From NCBI GenBank assembly GCA_033838975.1, contig JAJLKL010000261.1:1-59335 (forward strand): a stretch of DNA of 59,335 nt, in the 5' to 3' direction. Shown here piece after piece: positions 58,856 to 59,335 of the stretch (positions are counted from its first letter, which is position 1; the number at the start of each line of letters is the position of its first letter). The position numbers were made by a program, and so were the translations under genes. This DNA is from Hymenobacteraceae bacterium. GTDB taxonomy: Bacteria; Bacteroidota; Bacteroidia; Cytophagales; Hymenobacteraceae. The notes beneath the pieces were generated by a model. The model saw nothing but the letters and a program-made list of their open reading frames with translations, searched no databases and was not told the origin of the DNA.

Positions 58856-58890
58856 CATTTCCATAGTTATGTTTTGTACTAAGGCACTCG

Positions 58891-59334
58891 CTATCTGGTC
58901 GGAATATTGAATCCTACTGTAAACAGGAACACAGAGTTTCTGAATTCAGGGGCGGTGTCTCTGTCATCCAGCTTCGTGATGTCGCCGTTATAGCGCACGC
59001 CGACACTCAGGCCGAACGGAACTCCCACTCCCACGCCAGCAGCATATCCGAAATTGGTTCTCTTAAACTGGTCCAGGTCATCGTCTACGTTAGTGCCGCC
59101 TACTTCGATTTCTCCACCTATTCTAAATGATACCTGAGGGCCAGCCTCAAAGTAGAGCGGACCTGCGTTAATACGCCCCAGTACAGGCACGTCTAAGTAG
59201 TTGATTCTGTACTCCACCAGGTTGTCGTCTGTCTCCGCTCCTTTCTGGGAGTAGAGCACCTCAGGCTGAATGGAGAAGAAGTCCTCTACCAGCGGGAAGT
59301 TTGCTGTAACACCTCCATGGAAGCCCCAGATCCT
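58891..59334 (-). CDS. PorT-like outer membrane beta-barrel protein (tandem paralog 1, 5' end outside window)
   Basis: Frame open to the window edge (..RIWGFHGGVTANFPLVEDFFSIQPEVLYSQKG..); YLDVPVL, YFEAGPQ, GVRYNG motifs. Confidence 0.85.
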   Translation of the reverse strand, partial: RIWGFHGGVTANFPLVEDFFSIQPEVLYSQKGAETDDNLVEYRINYLDVPVLGRINAGPLYFEAGPQVSFRIGGEIEVGGTNVDDDLDQFKRTNFGYAAGVGVGVPFGLSVGVRYNGDITKLDDRDTAPEFRNSVFLFTVGFNIPTR

Positions 59335-59335
59335 G

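Overview
59.3 kb of mostly core chromosome from a Bacteroidota bacterium, inferred to be Cytophagales (Pontibacter/Hymenobacteraceae-like). The inference rests on the gld genes, a T9SS-CTD protein, TAnnTTTG -7 promoters and A-rich, SD-less translation starts. Recognisable content: hemH, era-der, murQ with a MurNAc/GlcNAc kinase, a fatty-acid beta-oxidation locus (LCFA-CoA ligase, MarR, fadN, fadA, fadE), recG, gldD-gldE-ssb-mutY, HU-TPR-bS22-Rne/Rng, gldB, a membrane LytTR/CPBP pair, ECF sigma-nth, a group III truncated globin, an MFS transporter, bTHX, uvrA, tpiA-prmA-1595 aa unknown-plsY, an M20 peptidase and a tandem array of PorT-like beta-barrel genes cut by the window end. I saw no rRNA, tRNA, CRISPR array, prophage or intact transposase. 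Three small genes missing from the ORF track were read directly (49 aa lipoprotein, bS22, bTHX). The most unusual signal is a four-helix-bundle (23S-IVP/Avd-like) gene inserted between fadA and fadE and bracketed by inverted heptamer-periodic repeats. Similar but gene-less inverted octamer-periodic repeats and REP-like palindromes occur in other intergenic regions. All family assignments are from motif recognition, without database searches.
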